Source: Candidatus Eiseniibacteriota bacterium
GTDB taxonomy: Bacteria; Arandabacterota; Arandabacteria; Arandabacterales; Arandabacteraceae
NCBI GenBank assembly: GCA_043810925.1
Contig: JBDRNT010000055.1
Span: forward strand, 1-49,920
Length of the DNA stretch: 49,920 nt
Reading direction: 5' to 3'
Position numbers and translations under genes: made by a program. The notes below the pieces were generated by a model, which worked only from the letters and a program-made list of their open reading frames with translations, was not told where the DNA came from and ran no database searches. Positions 27,346 through 36,874 of the stretch are shown here, piece by piece (the stretch's first letter is position 1; each line of letters opens with the position of its first letter).

Positions 27346-29161
27346 GAAATCCGGCCGCAAGAAGATGACCGTGAGTGTGTGCTATGGCACATGCTGCGTC
27401 TTAAACGGGGCGCGGGGGGTGAAGCGGGCCCTGGAAGCTTCGCTCGAACGTCATAAGGTGTCCGCAAGGGTCAATGTTTCCGCCGGCAGGTGCAATGCAT
27501 ACTGCCATCTGGGCCCCGTCCTGACCGTCGAACCCGGTGGGACAATGTACGGGAACGTGACTGCCGCCGATGTGGAAGAGATAGTCAAGAAACATCTGGT
27601 CGGTGGGAAGACGGTGAAACGGCTCGCGGTCGGCGAGAAGCGCGGATTGGATGGGTTGCCATCGCTTACGGATGTCGGCTTTTTCAAGGATCAGGTCCTC
27701 ATTGCGATGCGAAACCGCGGACGGATCGATCCTGACAGCATCGATGATTACATCACCAATGAAGGCTATCTTGCGCTGCCAAAAGCTCTCACGCAGATGA
27801 AGCCGGATGACATCATAGAAGAGGTCAAGAAAGCGGGATTGAGGGGACGTGGAGGTGCAGGCTTCCCGACAGGGATCAAGTGGGGGATATGCAGGAAATC
27901 TCACGGCCCGGACGGCAAGTACGTGATCTGCAATGCCGACGAGGGAGATCCCGGCGCTTTCATGGACAGGAGCCTGCTTGAGTCCGATCCGCATTCGGTG
28001 ATTGAGGGGATGACGATCGGGGCACGCGCGATCGGGGCCGACGTCGGATACATATATGTGAGAGAAGAGTACCCGCTGGCACTCGAACGCGTGACGAAGG
28101 CGATTGATGTTGCTCATGAGTACGGTCTTCTGGGTGAGGACATCCTCGGGACCGGTTTTGACTTCGAGATAAATGTGGTAAGAGGTGCCGGGGCTTTCGT
28201 GTGCGGTGAGGAAACCGCATTGATGGCGTCGATAGAAGGCGAACAGGGACGGCCCAGACCGCGGCCACCATTCCCCGCAGAGAGCGGACTCTGGGGCAAG
28301 CCTACCAACATAAACAACGTTGAAACCTGGGCAAACGTGGCACCCATCATTTTGCGCGGGGCAGACTGGTACGCGTCACTGGGAACCGAGAAGAGCAAGG
28401 GGACAAAGGTGTTCTCGCTTGTGGGGAAGATAAAAAACACCGGTCTTATCGAGGTTCCGATGGGGACCACGCTCAGGCAGATCATATACGATATCGGCGG
28501 TGGGGTCCTTAAGGACCGGGAGCTCAAGGCCGTGCAGACCGGAGGACCCTCCGGCGGCTGTATCCCAACGTCCTTGATCGATCTTCCCGTGGATTATGAG
28601 GAACTCTCGAGGGCGGGTTCGATCATGGGGTCGGGGGGCCTGATCGTCATGGATGAGGATACCTGCATGGTCGATGTCGCCCACTACTTCCTGGCGTTCC
28701 TTGAGGAGGAATCATGCGGAAAATGCACACCCTGCCGGGAGGGAGTCAGGAGGATGAGAGAGATCCTCGGACGGATCGTCACAGGTGAGGGCAGGCGGGG
28801 TGATATTGAACTGCTTGAGAGTCTCGCAATAACGATCAAGGAGGCGTCACTCTGCGGTCTGGGATCGACGGCTCCCAACCCGGTACTCACGACGCTCAAG
28901 TACTTCCGTGACGAATATGAGGCACACATATACAAGAAGCGTTGTCCCGCCAAGGTCTGCAAGGCTCTTATCGTTTACAAGGTCGTTGCTGAGAAGTGCA
29001 CCGGCTGCCAGAGGTGTGTGAGGGCTTGTCCGGTGGGCGCATTGGCCGGGGCCCGGGCACAGCCACACAATCTGGATCAAGCCAAATGCATCAAGTGCGG
29101 CGCATGTTATGAAGTGTGCAAGTTTGACGCAATTGCCGGTGATGCGATCTTTGTGGAGTAG
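27338..29161 (+). CDS. NuoF/HydB-like NADH:flavin oxidoreductase subunit (FMN, long form with N-terminal 2Fe-2S and C-terminal 2x[4Fe-4S])
   Basis: LRGRGGAGFPTG, CNADEGDPGA, GAGAFVCGEET, SCGKCTPCREG, SLCGLG, two C-terminal CxxCxxCxxxC. Confidence 0.93.
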   Translation: MTEKSGRKKMTVSVCYGTCCVLNGARGVKRALEASLERHKVSARVNVSAGRCNAYCHLGPVLTVEPGGTMYGNVTAADVEEIVKKHLVGGKTVKRLAVGEKRGLDGLPSLTDVGFFKDQVLIAMRNRGRIDPDSIDDYITNEGYLALPKALTQMKPDDIIEEVKKAGLRGRGGAGFPTGIKWGICRKSHGPDGKYVICNADEGDPGAFMDRSLLESDPHSVIEGMTIGARAIGADVGYIYVREEYPLALERVTKAIDVAHEYGLLGEDILGTGFDFEINVVRGAGAFVCGEETALMASIEGEQGRPRPRPPFPAESGLWGKPTNINNVETWANVAPIILRGADWYASLGTEKSKGTKVFSLVGKIKNTGLIEVPMGTTLRQIIYDIGGGVLKDRELKAVQTGGPSGGCIPTSLIDLPVDYEELSRAGSIMGSGGLIVMDEDTCMVDVAHYFLAFLEEESCGKCTPCREGVRRMREILGRIVTGEGRRGDIELLESLAITIKEASLCGLGSTAPNPVLTTLKYFRDEYEAHIYKKRCPAKVCKALIVYKVVAEKCTGCQRCVRACPVGALAGARAQPHNLDQAKCIKCGACYEVCKFDAIAGDAIFVE

Positions 29162-29167
29162 ATCTGA

Positions 29168-29815
29168 ATGAGTGAAACTGTAAGCATCAGGATCGACGGA
29201 AGGAACCGGAAGGCCGAAAGGGGCCGCACCGTTCTCGAGGTGGCAAGGGAGATGGGAATAGAGATTCCGACGCTTTGCTACCACGAAGCCCTGACACCGA
29301 TCGGGTCGTGCCGGCTCTGCGTTGTCGAGGTCAACCAGGCGGGACGGACAAGAACGATGGCCTCGTGCGTGACACCCGTGGCGGACGGAATGGTTGTGAA
29401 GACGAAGACCAAGCTCATAACAGAAATACGCAGGATGATCATGACCCTGCTCCTGGCCCGGTGCCCCGATATCGAGATCATCAGGCAAAAGGCAAAAGAG
29501 CTCGGTGTCAGACGCAACCCGTTTCCGAAGGGTTCCGAAGACTGTTATCTCTGTGGCATGTGCGTCAGGGCCTGCAAGGAGATTGTCGGAGTCGGCGCGA
29601 TCGGATTTGCGCACCGGGGCCCCGAGAGTGAGGTGGTACCTCCCTTCGGCCAGGAATCAAATGTATGCGTGGGGTGCGGTACCTGCACCACGATCTGTCC
29701 TGCAAGAACGTTTGACCTTAAGAAGGTATTTGCGCGAAGGAGCCTTCACAGCGTCGGAGGCTCGAAAGATACTTTCAGATGCATTGTGTGTGAGACGCAT
29801 TACGGAAGTCCTTGA
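29168..29815 (+). CDS. NuoG/HydA N-terminal-like Fe-S protein (no catalytic domain)
   Basis: IPTLC...GSCRLCVVE...SC [2Fe-2S]; CYLCGMCVRAC and CVGCGTCTTICP; ends at 215 aa. Confidence 0.88.
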   Translation: MSETVSIRIDGRNRKAERGRTVLEVAREMGIEIPTLCYHEALTPIGSCRLCVVEVNQAGRTRTMASCVTPVADGMVVKTKTKLITEIRRMIMTLLLARCPDIEIIRQKAKELGVRRNPFPKGSEDCYLCGMCVRACKEIVGVGAIGFAHRGPESEVVPPFGQESNVCVGCGTCTTICPARTFDLKKVFARRSLHSVGGSKDTFRCIVCETHYGSP

Positions 29816-29832
29816 GCCTGGTTGAGGAGCCT

Positions 29833-31575
29833 ATGCCTGGAAAGGCGCGGACAAAGAAGAAATCGAAGAAGACGACGCGGGCCCCAAAGCGTCCTGTGAA
29901 GAAACCGCGGACAAAGCCGGTCCGGGCAAAGGGCGCAGGTGTCGCCGTCATGATATCACAGTGTGAGAGCGATCTCTCACGTCTGCTTGATATCGCCTCG
30001 CTTGAAGAACAGGTGACGGCGAATCCCGATGTGGCCCTGGTCAAGGTCCAGGATTATCCGTGTACGATCGCAAAGATAGACGGGATCGGCGCAGCGGTCG
30101 TCAAGGGCGGTCTGTCACATGTAGTCGTCGCCGGCAGCAGCGAGCGCCTGTACGGTAAGTTCTTCAGGGACATTCTGGCGCAGTCGGGCATCGATTCCTC
30201 CCTGGTTGAGTTTGCAGACATAAGCGGGCTTTTCACGGCGGCTCGACCCGGTTCGAAGAAGACAACGCTGTCAACCGCGCTGGGGCTGATAAACACGGCT
30301 GTTGCCCGGGTGGCCGGTGCGAGTCCCATGGAGAAGGTGGAGGCCGACATCAAACCGGTGTGCGTCGTGCTTGGTGGTGGTATAGCAGGGATGTCGGCTG
30401 CTGCGGCCATGGCCTCGAGGGGCGTTAAGACAATCATAGTGGAGAAGGACGACAGTATAGGGGGGCTGCTTAGGCGGCTTAACATAGTCTTCCCGTCCTA
30501 TATCGAGGCGTCCGAGTTCCTTGACAACCAGTCACGCAATATCGGTGCCGCCACGATCGAGGTGAGAACCGCAGTGGAGCCGGTCTCGGTCCGGGGTCAT
30601 GTCGGAAGTTTCGAGATAGAGCTCACAGGCGGTGAGAAGATCGAAGCGGGTGTGATAATTGTTGCCACCGGCGCGGACCTGTTGACACCTCAGGGTCTGT
30701 TCGGCTACGGCGAACGCAACCAGGTGGTCACCCAGGTGGAGTTCGAAGCCATACTCAAGCGCGGCGATGATCCCGGTTCAAACGTCGTGATGATCCAGTG
30801 TGTGGGGTCGCGAAATGATGAAAGACCTTACTGCTCGCGTATATGTTGTACGGCCTCAATCAAGAACGCGATTCTTATAAAGCAGAAGTTCCCGGTATCA
30901 CAGGTGACCATACTGTCGCGGGGCTTCGCAGGCTATGCCGGTGATCTTGACCGGGCCCGGGAAATGGGTGTGGACATTATCCGGTACTCACCGGAGAGGC
31001 CGCCCGTCCTCGGAGACACCACAGTCGAGGTCTTCGACCAGATATCCGAAATGGAAGCGCACATACCGTTCGACCGCGTAGTGCTTGCAGTGCCCATGCT
31101 GCCCCCGGCGACAAACAGTTCGCTCGCCGGGATGCTCAAGATTCCTACGGACAGCTACGGCTTCCTGGTCGAACCGCGGCTTAAGGTGAGACCCGAGGAG
31201 TATGCGCCGAGGGGGGTATTCGTTGCGGGGAGCGCCCACTGGCCGTCGACGATCACCGAGTCCATCGTACAGGGTTACGGTGCTGCTTCGCGGGCCTTCG
31301 ATCTCATCAGCCTCGGCAAGGTCGAGCGTTTCGCGCACACGACCAAGGTCGATCCGGACCTTTGCCGTGGTTGTGGCCGTTGCGAGGAGGTATGCCGGCA
31401 CGGCGCCGTCGACCTGATACTTGACGAGGACGGCATGAAGCGGGCAGAGGTGATTCCGATTCAGTGTGTCGGGTGCGGGGTGTGCGTCTCTGTCTGTCCG
31501 TCGGGCGCGCTTTCGCATGCCGACATGACGGCCCGGCGGATCGATCTGACGATTGAAGCGGCAGGGGGGATATAG
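29833..31575 (+). CDS. HdrA-like flavoprotein (degenerate N-terminal cluster domain)
   Basis: GGGIAGM, IIVATGA, MIQCVGSR...YCSRICC, GVFVAG, C-terminal 2x[4Fe-4S]. Confidence 0.88.
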   Translation: MPGKARTKKKSKKTTRAPKRPVKKPRTKPVRAKGAGVAVMISQCESDLSRLLDIASLEEQVTANPDVALVKVQDYPCTIAKIDGIGAAVVKGGLSHVVVAGSSERLYGKFFRDILAQSGIDSSLVEFADISGLFTAARPGSKKTTLSTALGLINTAVARVAGASPMEKVEADIKPVCVVLGGGIAGMSAAAAMASRGVKTIIVEKDDSIGGLLRRLNIVFPSYIEASEFLDNQSRNIGAATIEVRTAVEPVSVRGHVGSFEIELTGGEKIEAGVIIVATGADLLTPQGLFGYGERNQVVTQVEFEAILKRGDDPGSNVVMIQCVGSRNDERPYCSRICCTASIKNAILIKQKFPVSQVTILSRGFAGYAGDLDRAREMGVDIIRYSPERPPVLGDTTVEVFDQISEMEAHIPFDRVVLAVPMLPPATNSSLAGMLKIPTDSYGFLVEPRLKVRPEEYAPRGVFVAGSAHWPSTITESIVQGYGAASRAFDLISLGKVERFAHTTKVDPDLCRGCGRCEEVCRHGAVDLILDEDGMKRAEVIPIQCVGCGVCVSVCPSGALSHADMTARRIDLTIEAAGGI

Positions 31576-31996
31576 CATCAAAACAAAGGTGGCAATCGTG
31601 CCCTGCAAGTGGCATCCGCTTACAGCGATGGAGAACGCCGCGAAGGATGGCTTCACCTGTGAGGCAAATCCAACAGTCATACCGGTCAAATGCACCGGCC
31701 TAGTGAAGGTGTCTTTCCTTCTTAAGCTGTTCGCAAAGGGTCTCGAGGGAGTGCTGGTGCTGGGTTGTGAGGAGGGGGACTGCCACTACCACAACGGAAG
31801 CCAGAGATGCGGCCAGATAGTCAAGGAAACGCAGGAGATCCTGGAGATCGCCGGAATACCCGGACAACGCCTCGGTTTTCAAATGATATCGGAGAGCGGA
31901 GGAAAGGAATACAAGCGGGTGCTTGGAGACTTCCTCAAGCAGTTCAAGAAGCCAACCAGGGGGAGGAAACGTGTCGCTGCGGGCAGCCATAGATAA
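31553..31996 (+). CDS. MvhD/FlpD-like [2Fe-2S] subunit (start codon uncertain)
   Basis: PCKWH, VKCTG, GVLVLGCEEGDCHYHNG. Confidence 0.82.
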   Translation: MKRQGGYSIKTKVAIVPCKWHPLTAMENAAKDGFTCEANPTVIPVKCTGLVKVSFLLKLFAKGLEGVLVLGCEEGDCHYHNGSQRCGQIVKETQEILEIAGIPGQRLGFQMISESGGKEYKRVLGDFLKQFKKPTRGRKRVAAGSHR

Positions 31997-33113
31997 GACA
32001 AGAGCATATCTCTGCCTCGAGTGCGGCATCTGTACGGGCAGCTGTCCCGTTTCCAGGCATCACGACGCCTATTCACCGAGGCTGACGGTGGAGAAGGCGC
32101 TCCTCTTCAGTGAGGACGAGAGTGTGCATGACAGGGAGATTTGGAGCTGTCTAACATGCGGTACCTGTGACCTGCGGTGTCCGTCCACGGTTGATTTCAC
32201 GGGTTTCATGAGATCAATGAGGGGGCGCGCAAGACAGGTTGGTGAGAGCGGTGTCTGCACTCATGCGGACACACTCGCGGCCTTGATCGATCTTCAACGC
32301 ATGCCCGGCTTCAGAAGGCAGGCTTCCTGGCTCGGGCGAGGGGCTAAGACGCGGTCAAGGTCAAGCACGTATTACTTCGGAGGCTGCCTGCCGTTTCTCG
32401 ACGTGGTGTTTAAGGAAATAGGTTTCGATGGCAAGGGGATCGGGAACGCAAGTGTGCGCCTGCTCAATGAGCTCGGCATCGTACCTGCGGTAAGCGAAGG
32501 TGAGGTGTGCTGCGGTCATGATGAGTACTGGACCGGAGGAGACGATCTCGTTAAGGAACTTGCGAAACGTAACGTCGCGGCGATAAAGCGGACAGGGGCC
32601 AAGCGTGTCGTGTTCTCCTGTGCGGAATGCTATTACATGTTCAAACACGTCTATCCGGAGTTCGTAAGGGGTATGGGACTTGAGGTCGTCTTCCTCCTCG
32701 ATCTCTTAAGCGAGAAGATAGGTGACCTGCGTTTGAACCCGCACAAAGCCAGGGTGACCTACCACGATCCTTGCAGGATCGCAAAGTCCGACGACATAAT
32801 CGAGGAGCCTCGCCGGGTGCTTACGAGCATACCCGGTCTCGAGCTGGCGGAGATGAAGCGGACGGGCAAAGATGCCCTCTGTTGTGGTTCCAGCAGTTGG
32901 GTGAGTTGTTCGAGAGTAAATAAGAAAATCCAGGTTGAGAGACTTGATGAGGCCATATCGACAGGCGCTGAGGTGCTTGTCACCGCGTGTCCGAAGTGCA
33001 ACATACACCTGAGGTGTGCCCTCCGTGATGAGGATTGCTCAGGTAAAATAGAGATAACCGATGCGGTCACGCTTGTGGCCGGATCACTGGGAGGTAAGAA
33101 GCGTGGAAGGTAA
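31971..33113 (+). CDS. HdrD-like Fe-S oxidoreductase (HdrC ferredoxin + CCG domains)
   Basis: [51 protein letters not shown] + GTG 31971. Confidence 0.88.
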   Translation: MSLRAAIDKTRAYLCLECGICTGSCPVSRHHDAYSPRLTVEKALLFSEDESVHDREIWSCLTCGTCDLRCPSTVDFTGFMRSMRGRARQVGESGVCTHADTLAALIDLQRMPGFRRQASWLGRGAKTRSRSSTYYFGGCLPFLDVVFKEIGFDGKGIGNASVRLLNELGIVPAVSEGEVCCGHDEYWTGGDDLVKELAKRNVAAIKRTGAKRVVFSCAECYYMFKHVYPEFVRGMGLEVVFLLDLLSEKIGDLRLNPHKARVTYHDPCRIAKSDDIIEEPRRVLTSIPGLELAEMKRTGKDALCCGSSSWVSCSRVNKKIQVERLDEAISTGAEVLVTACPKCNIHLRCALRDEDCSGKIEITDAVTLVAGSLGGKKRGR

Positions 33114-34398
33114 GGTTGCAGTGATCGGTGGTGGGATTGCCGGTATTCAGGCTGCGCTCGATCTCGGTGAGATGGGTGTTCAAGTCTATCTGATCGAGAA
33201 GAAACCCAGCATTGGCGGGGTGATGGCGCAGCTTGACAAGACCTTTCCCACCAACGACTGCTCCATATGAATTCTGGCGCCTAAAATGCTGGATGCCGGT
33301 CGGCATCCCAGGGTCGAACTGCTGGCGTACAGCGAGATAGAGGGGCTCAAGCGCAAGGGTGGCAAGTTCTCGCTTAAGGTCAGAAAGCGCACCCGGTACG
33401 TCGATGAAGACATATGCAACGCCTGCGGCATGTGTGTGAGCAAGTGTCCGGGGAAGGCGCCCGATGCCTTCGACATGGGTTTGCGCACCCGGAAGGCCAT
33501 ATACCTTTACTTCTCTCAGGGTATTCCGGCGGTCATGACCATTGACAGCGACCATTGCATATACTTCACCAAGGGCAAGTGCGGCGTGTGCAAGAAGATA
33601 TGCGACAAGGGCGCGATAGACTACGAGATGAAAGACAAGATCCTGAATCTCGATGTCGATGCGATAATAGTCGCCACCGGGCTTGATATCTTCGATCCGA
33701 CACATCTTACCCACTACGGCTTCGGAAAAATCCAGAACGTCATAACCGGGCTGCAGTATGAGAGGCTTATAAACGCAACCGGCCCCACCGGAGGGCATCT
33801 TCACAGACCCTCCGACGGTAAGCTGGCCAAGAAGGTGGCTTACATACAGTGTGTAGGCTCGAGAGATCTCAACAACTGCGCGTATTGCTCGAGTGTGTGC
33901 TGCATGTATTCGATCAAAGACGCCATGCTGGCACGGGAACACGATCCTGAATCGGTTTCCTATGTCTTTCACACGGACCTCAGGAACGTGGGCAAGTGGT
34001 TCCAGAAGTACGAGAAGCGGGCTGCGGAAGAGTACGGAGTCCAGTACATACGGGGACGTGTTGCGGAGATCGAGGAGGGTCCCAACGGGAATCCTATCGT
34101 ATGGTATGAGGATACGAGGAAGCGAAAGGTCGAATCGCTCGAGACCGAAATGGCCGTGCTCGCAACCGCCGCGATGCCGTCAAGGGGCGCGCTCGATCTC
34201 GCGAAGCTTCTCCGGATCAAGGCCGATAAGTACGGTTTCATCCTGAGTCCGCCCGAGCAACCGGTAGACACCAGTGTCGCGGGCATCTTCGCGTGCGGGT
34301 TCTGCAAGGGACCGTGTGATATACCCGAGGCGGTGAGCCAGGCGAGCGCCGCCGCGGAACGGGCGGCAGCCAGGATATATAAGGAAGTCGGCGTATGA
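33103..34398 (+). CDS. hdrA: Selenocysteine-containing HdrA-family flavoprotein (TGA 33268-33270 = Sec56)
   Basis: [10 protein letters not shown]...[26 protein letters not shown] at the known HdrA CxxC/U position, in frame with the 33286 ORF; inserted ferredoxin; YIQCVGSR...YCSSVCC. Confidence 0.92.
33268..33311 (+). promoter_or_regulatory. UGA codon plus putative SECIS hairpin (hdrA)
   Basis: Stem GGATGCC (33291-33297), loop GGTC, GGCATCC (33302-33308). Confidence 0.75.
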
Positions 34399-36083
34399 AA
34401 AAGCCGGACAAGAAGGACACGGGAAAAGGCCCGCGCATAGGGGTGTTCGTCTGTAACTGCGGGACGAATATCGCGGGGTTCCTGGAGGCGAAGGCTGTAG
34501 CCGACTATGCGTCGGGTTTGCCCAACGTGGTATTTGTAAGAGAGAACCTCTACTCCTGTTCGGAGGCCGGTATCAATGACATCCGCCAGGGTATTATCGA
34601 CAACAAACTTGAAGGGGTCGTGGTTGCCGCCTGTACCCCGAGGACGCATGAGCCGACGTTTCGCGCTGCATGCGAAGACGCCGGGCTCAATCCCTATTTT
34701 TTCGAATTCGTCAACATCAGGGAGCACTGCTCGTGGGTACATAAAGAGGAGCGGGAGGCGGCTACGCAGAAGGCGAAGGACCTTATCAGAATGGGTGTTG
34801 CACGGGCGGCGTATCTTGAGCCGATGGAACCCATCATCGGGGATGTGACGAGACGCGCACTCGTGATCGGCGGGGGCATCTCGGGCATGACCGCCTCGCT
34901 CGAGCTGGCCGGGCGAGGGTTTGAGGTGGTCCTGGTTGAGAAACAGAAGCAACTCGGCGGGCTCTTGAAGGCCGTGAACTGGATCTACCCGCACGAGAGG
35001 CCGGCCCGGGAGTATGTGAAGGGTCTGGTCGACCGTGTAGGGAAGGCGCGCCGCATGAAGGTCCTCAAGTCCTCAGAAGTGACCGAGGTCAAGGGCTACA
35101 TAGGCAAGTATATCGTATCAATCACATCACTTAAAAAACCCGTGACAACGGGTATCATAATCGTGGCGACAGGGGCGGAAGTACTTGTACCCGAAGGGCA
35201 ATACGGCTTTGATTCGAAACGGGTGGTGACCCAGCTTCAACTCGAAGATCTGCTCGCACGCTCGAAGTCCCGTCCAGGAAACGTCGTTATGATCGGCTGC
35301 GTCGGGGCGAGAACCAGGGAGCGGTTCTACTGCTCGCGGATTTGCTGCATGACGGCCATCAAGAACGCGGTCCTTATCCGCAAGAAGTGGAAGTCGGATG
35401 TGACCATGCTCTACAGGGATCTCATGTGTTACGGGATAAAGTATGAGGCGCTTCTGATGGAGGCGAAGGAAGCCGGTGTCAGGTTCGTCAACTACCCGGA
35501 CGACGGACCGCCGGTCGCCGGGAAGGGCGAGGTCAGGGTAACAAGCGCCATACTGGGAAGAGAGATGGTGCTCCCCTATGATCTCCTTGTGCTTGAGACC
35601 CCGCTTGTTCCGGCCGGTACGAATGAAGCTCTTTCCAGGATGCTGAAGGTCCCACTTGACGAGTACGGCTTCTTCCTCGAGGCCCATGTGAAGCTAAGAC
35701 CGCTTGACTTCGCAACGGACGGGATCTTTGTCTGCGGGACCGCACGGTGGCCCGCCAGCATCCGGGAGTGCGTCGAGCAGGCGCTCGGTGCCGCATCGCG
35801 GGCATCCACGTTCCTGGAGAGCGGCCGGGTCAAGGTTGAACCGATTGTCTCATTCGTGACCGAGGATGACTGCAGGGGCTGTGGGCTCTGTGTTGCGCTC
35901 TGTCCCTACGGAGCGATTGAGCTGGTCAAGACAGAGGCCGGAGAGAAGGCACGGACAATCGATGTCGCCTGCAAGGGTTGTGGTACGTGCGGGGCGACCT
36001 GCTACCGGGGCGCGATTACGATGAAGCATTATAGCGACGAGCAATTGACTGCCCAGATACGGGCAGCTTTTAAGAAGGAGTGA
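34395..36083 (+). CDS. hdrA: HdrA-family flavoprotein with intact N-terminal cluster domain and C-terminal ferredoxin
   Basis: GVFVCNCGTNI, VAACTPRTHE, NIREHCSWVH, GGGISG, YCSRICC, EAHVKLRP, CRGCGLCVALCP, CKGCGTCGATC. Confidence 0.9.
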   Translation: MKKPDKKDTGKGPRIGVFVCNCGTNIAGFLEAKAVADYASGLPNVVFVRENLYSCSEAGINDIRQGIIDNKLEGVVVAACTPRTHEPTFRAACEDAGLNPYFFEFVNIREHCSWVHKEEREAATQKAKDLIRMGVARAAYLEPMEPIIGDVTRRALVIGGGISGMTASLELAGRGFEVVLVEKQKQLGGLLKAVNWIYPHERPAREYVKGLVDRVGKARRMKVLKSSEVTEVKGYIGKYIVSITSLKKPVTTGIIIVATGAEVLVPEGQYGFDSKRVVTQLQLEDLLARSKSRPGNVVMIGCVGARTRERFYCSRICCMTAIKNAVLIRKKWKSDVTMLYRDLMCYGIKYEALLMEAKEAGVRFVNYPDDGPPVAGKGEVRVTSAILGREMVLPYDLLVLETPLVPAGTNEALSRMLKVPLDEYGFFLEAHVKLRPLDFATDGIFVCGTARWPASIRECVEQALGAASRASTFLESGRVKVEPIVSFVTEDDCRGCGLCVALCPYGAIELVKTEAGEKARTIDVACKGCGTCGATCYRGAITMKHYSDEQLTAQIRAAFKKE

Positions 36084-36085
36084 GT

Positions 36086-36874
36086 ATGAGTTTTAAACCG
36101 CACATCATAGCTTTCTGCTGTAACTGGTGAGCATACAGTGCGGCTGACCTCGCCGGGGTAGCGAGGTTTCAATATGCGCCCGACATCAGGGTTGTGAGGG
36201 TGATGTGTTCGGGCAGGGTGGATCCTGTGATGGTCATCGAGTCATTCATCGCGGGAGCGGACGGAGTATTCGTGGGCGCGTGCAAACGCGGAGAATGCCA
36301 TTATACGTCCGGTAACCTCCATGCCGAGGGCAAGATGGAAATGACCAGGCGAGTGCTCCGGATGGGCGGAATAGACCCTGCCAGAGTGCGGATGCGTATG
36401 ATGTCGAGTGCCGAGGGCAACAAGTTCGTCGAGTTCGCAGGTGAGTTTCAGAAGGACATCACCGAGCTGGGACCTCTGGGTAAGCCCGAGGGCATCGATA
36501 AGAAAGACCTTGAGATAAAGCTGCAGGCTGCCGGTAAGGCGCTCGGCGGCCGCAAGATCAGGTGGGTCACAGGCAAGATAGTCGAATTCACCGAAAAGGG
36601 AAACCTCTACGGGGAGAAGTTCACAGCCCATGAGATAGGAAGGCTCTTCGACGAGATAGCTATGGATGAATTCGGACTGAGAGAGATACTGGAGCGGCTC
36701 AAGGCCAGGCCCCATTCGGTAAAGGAGCTGGCCGCCAGGATGGAAACGGCACCGAAGATTCTAGTAAGACAGATGGCGGATCTTAAGAAGATGGGTTTTG
36801 CGGAGATACACTCGGTTGAGGGAAACACCCCTGTGTGGAGACTTTCGGGTAACGGTGAGACGGAATATGAGTGA
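36086..36874 (+). CDS. mvhD: Selenocysteine-containing MvhD-family subunit (TGA 36128-36130 = Sec15) with C-terminal winged-helix-like extension
   Basis: AAGGAG RBS, MSFKPHIIAFCCNW-TGA-AYSAADLAG...RVMCSGRVD...GACKRGECHY; in frame with the 36194 ORF. Confidence 0.92.
36128..36168 (+). promoter_or_regulatory. UGA codon plus putative SECIS hairpin (mvhD)
   Basis: Stem ACCTCGC (36147-36153), loop CGGGGTA, GCGAGGT (36161-36167). Confidence 0.72.

Noticed and set aside
29168-29815. Catalytic HydA or FDH alpha subunit, possibly extended through its TGA
   Set aside because: No H-cluster or molybdopterin domain; the TGA is followed by an RBS and the HdrA-like gene in another frame.
26069-29815. Respiratory complex I (nuo) operon
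   Set aside because: No membrane or NuoBCD subunits; these are soluble HydABC-type homologs.
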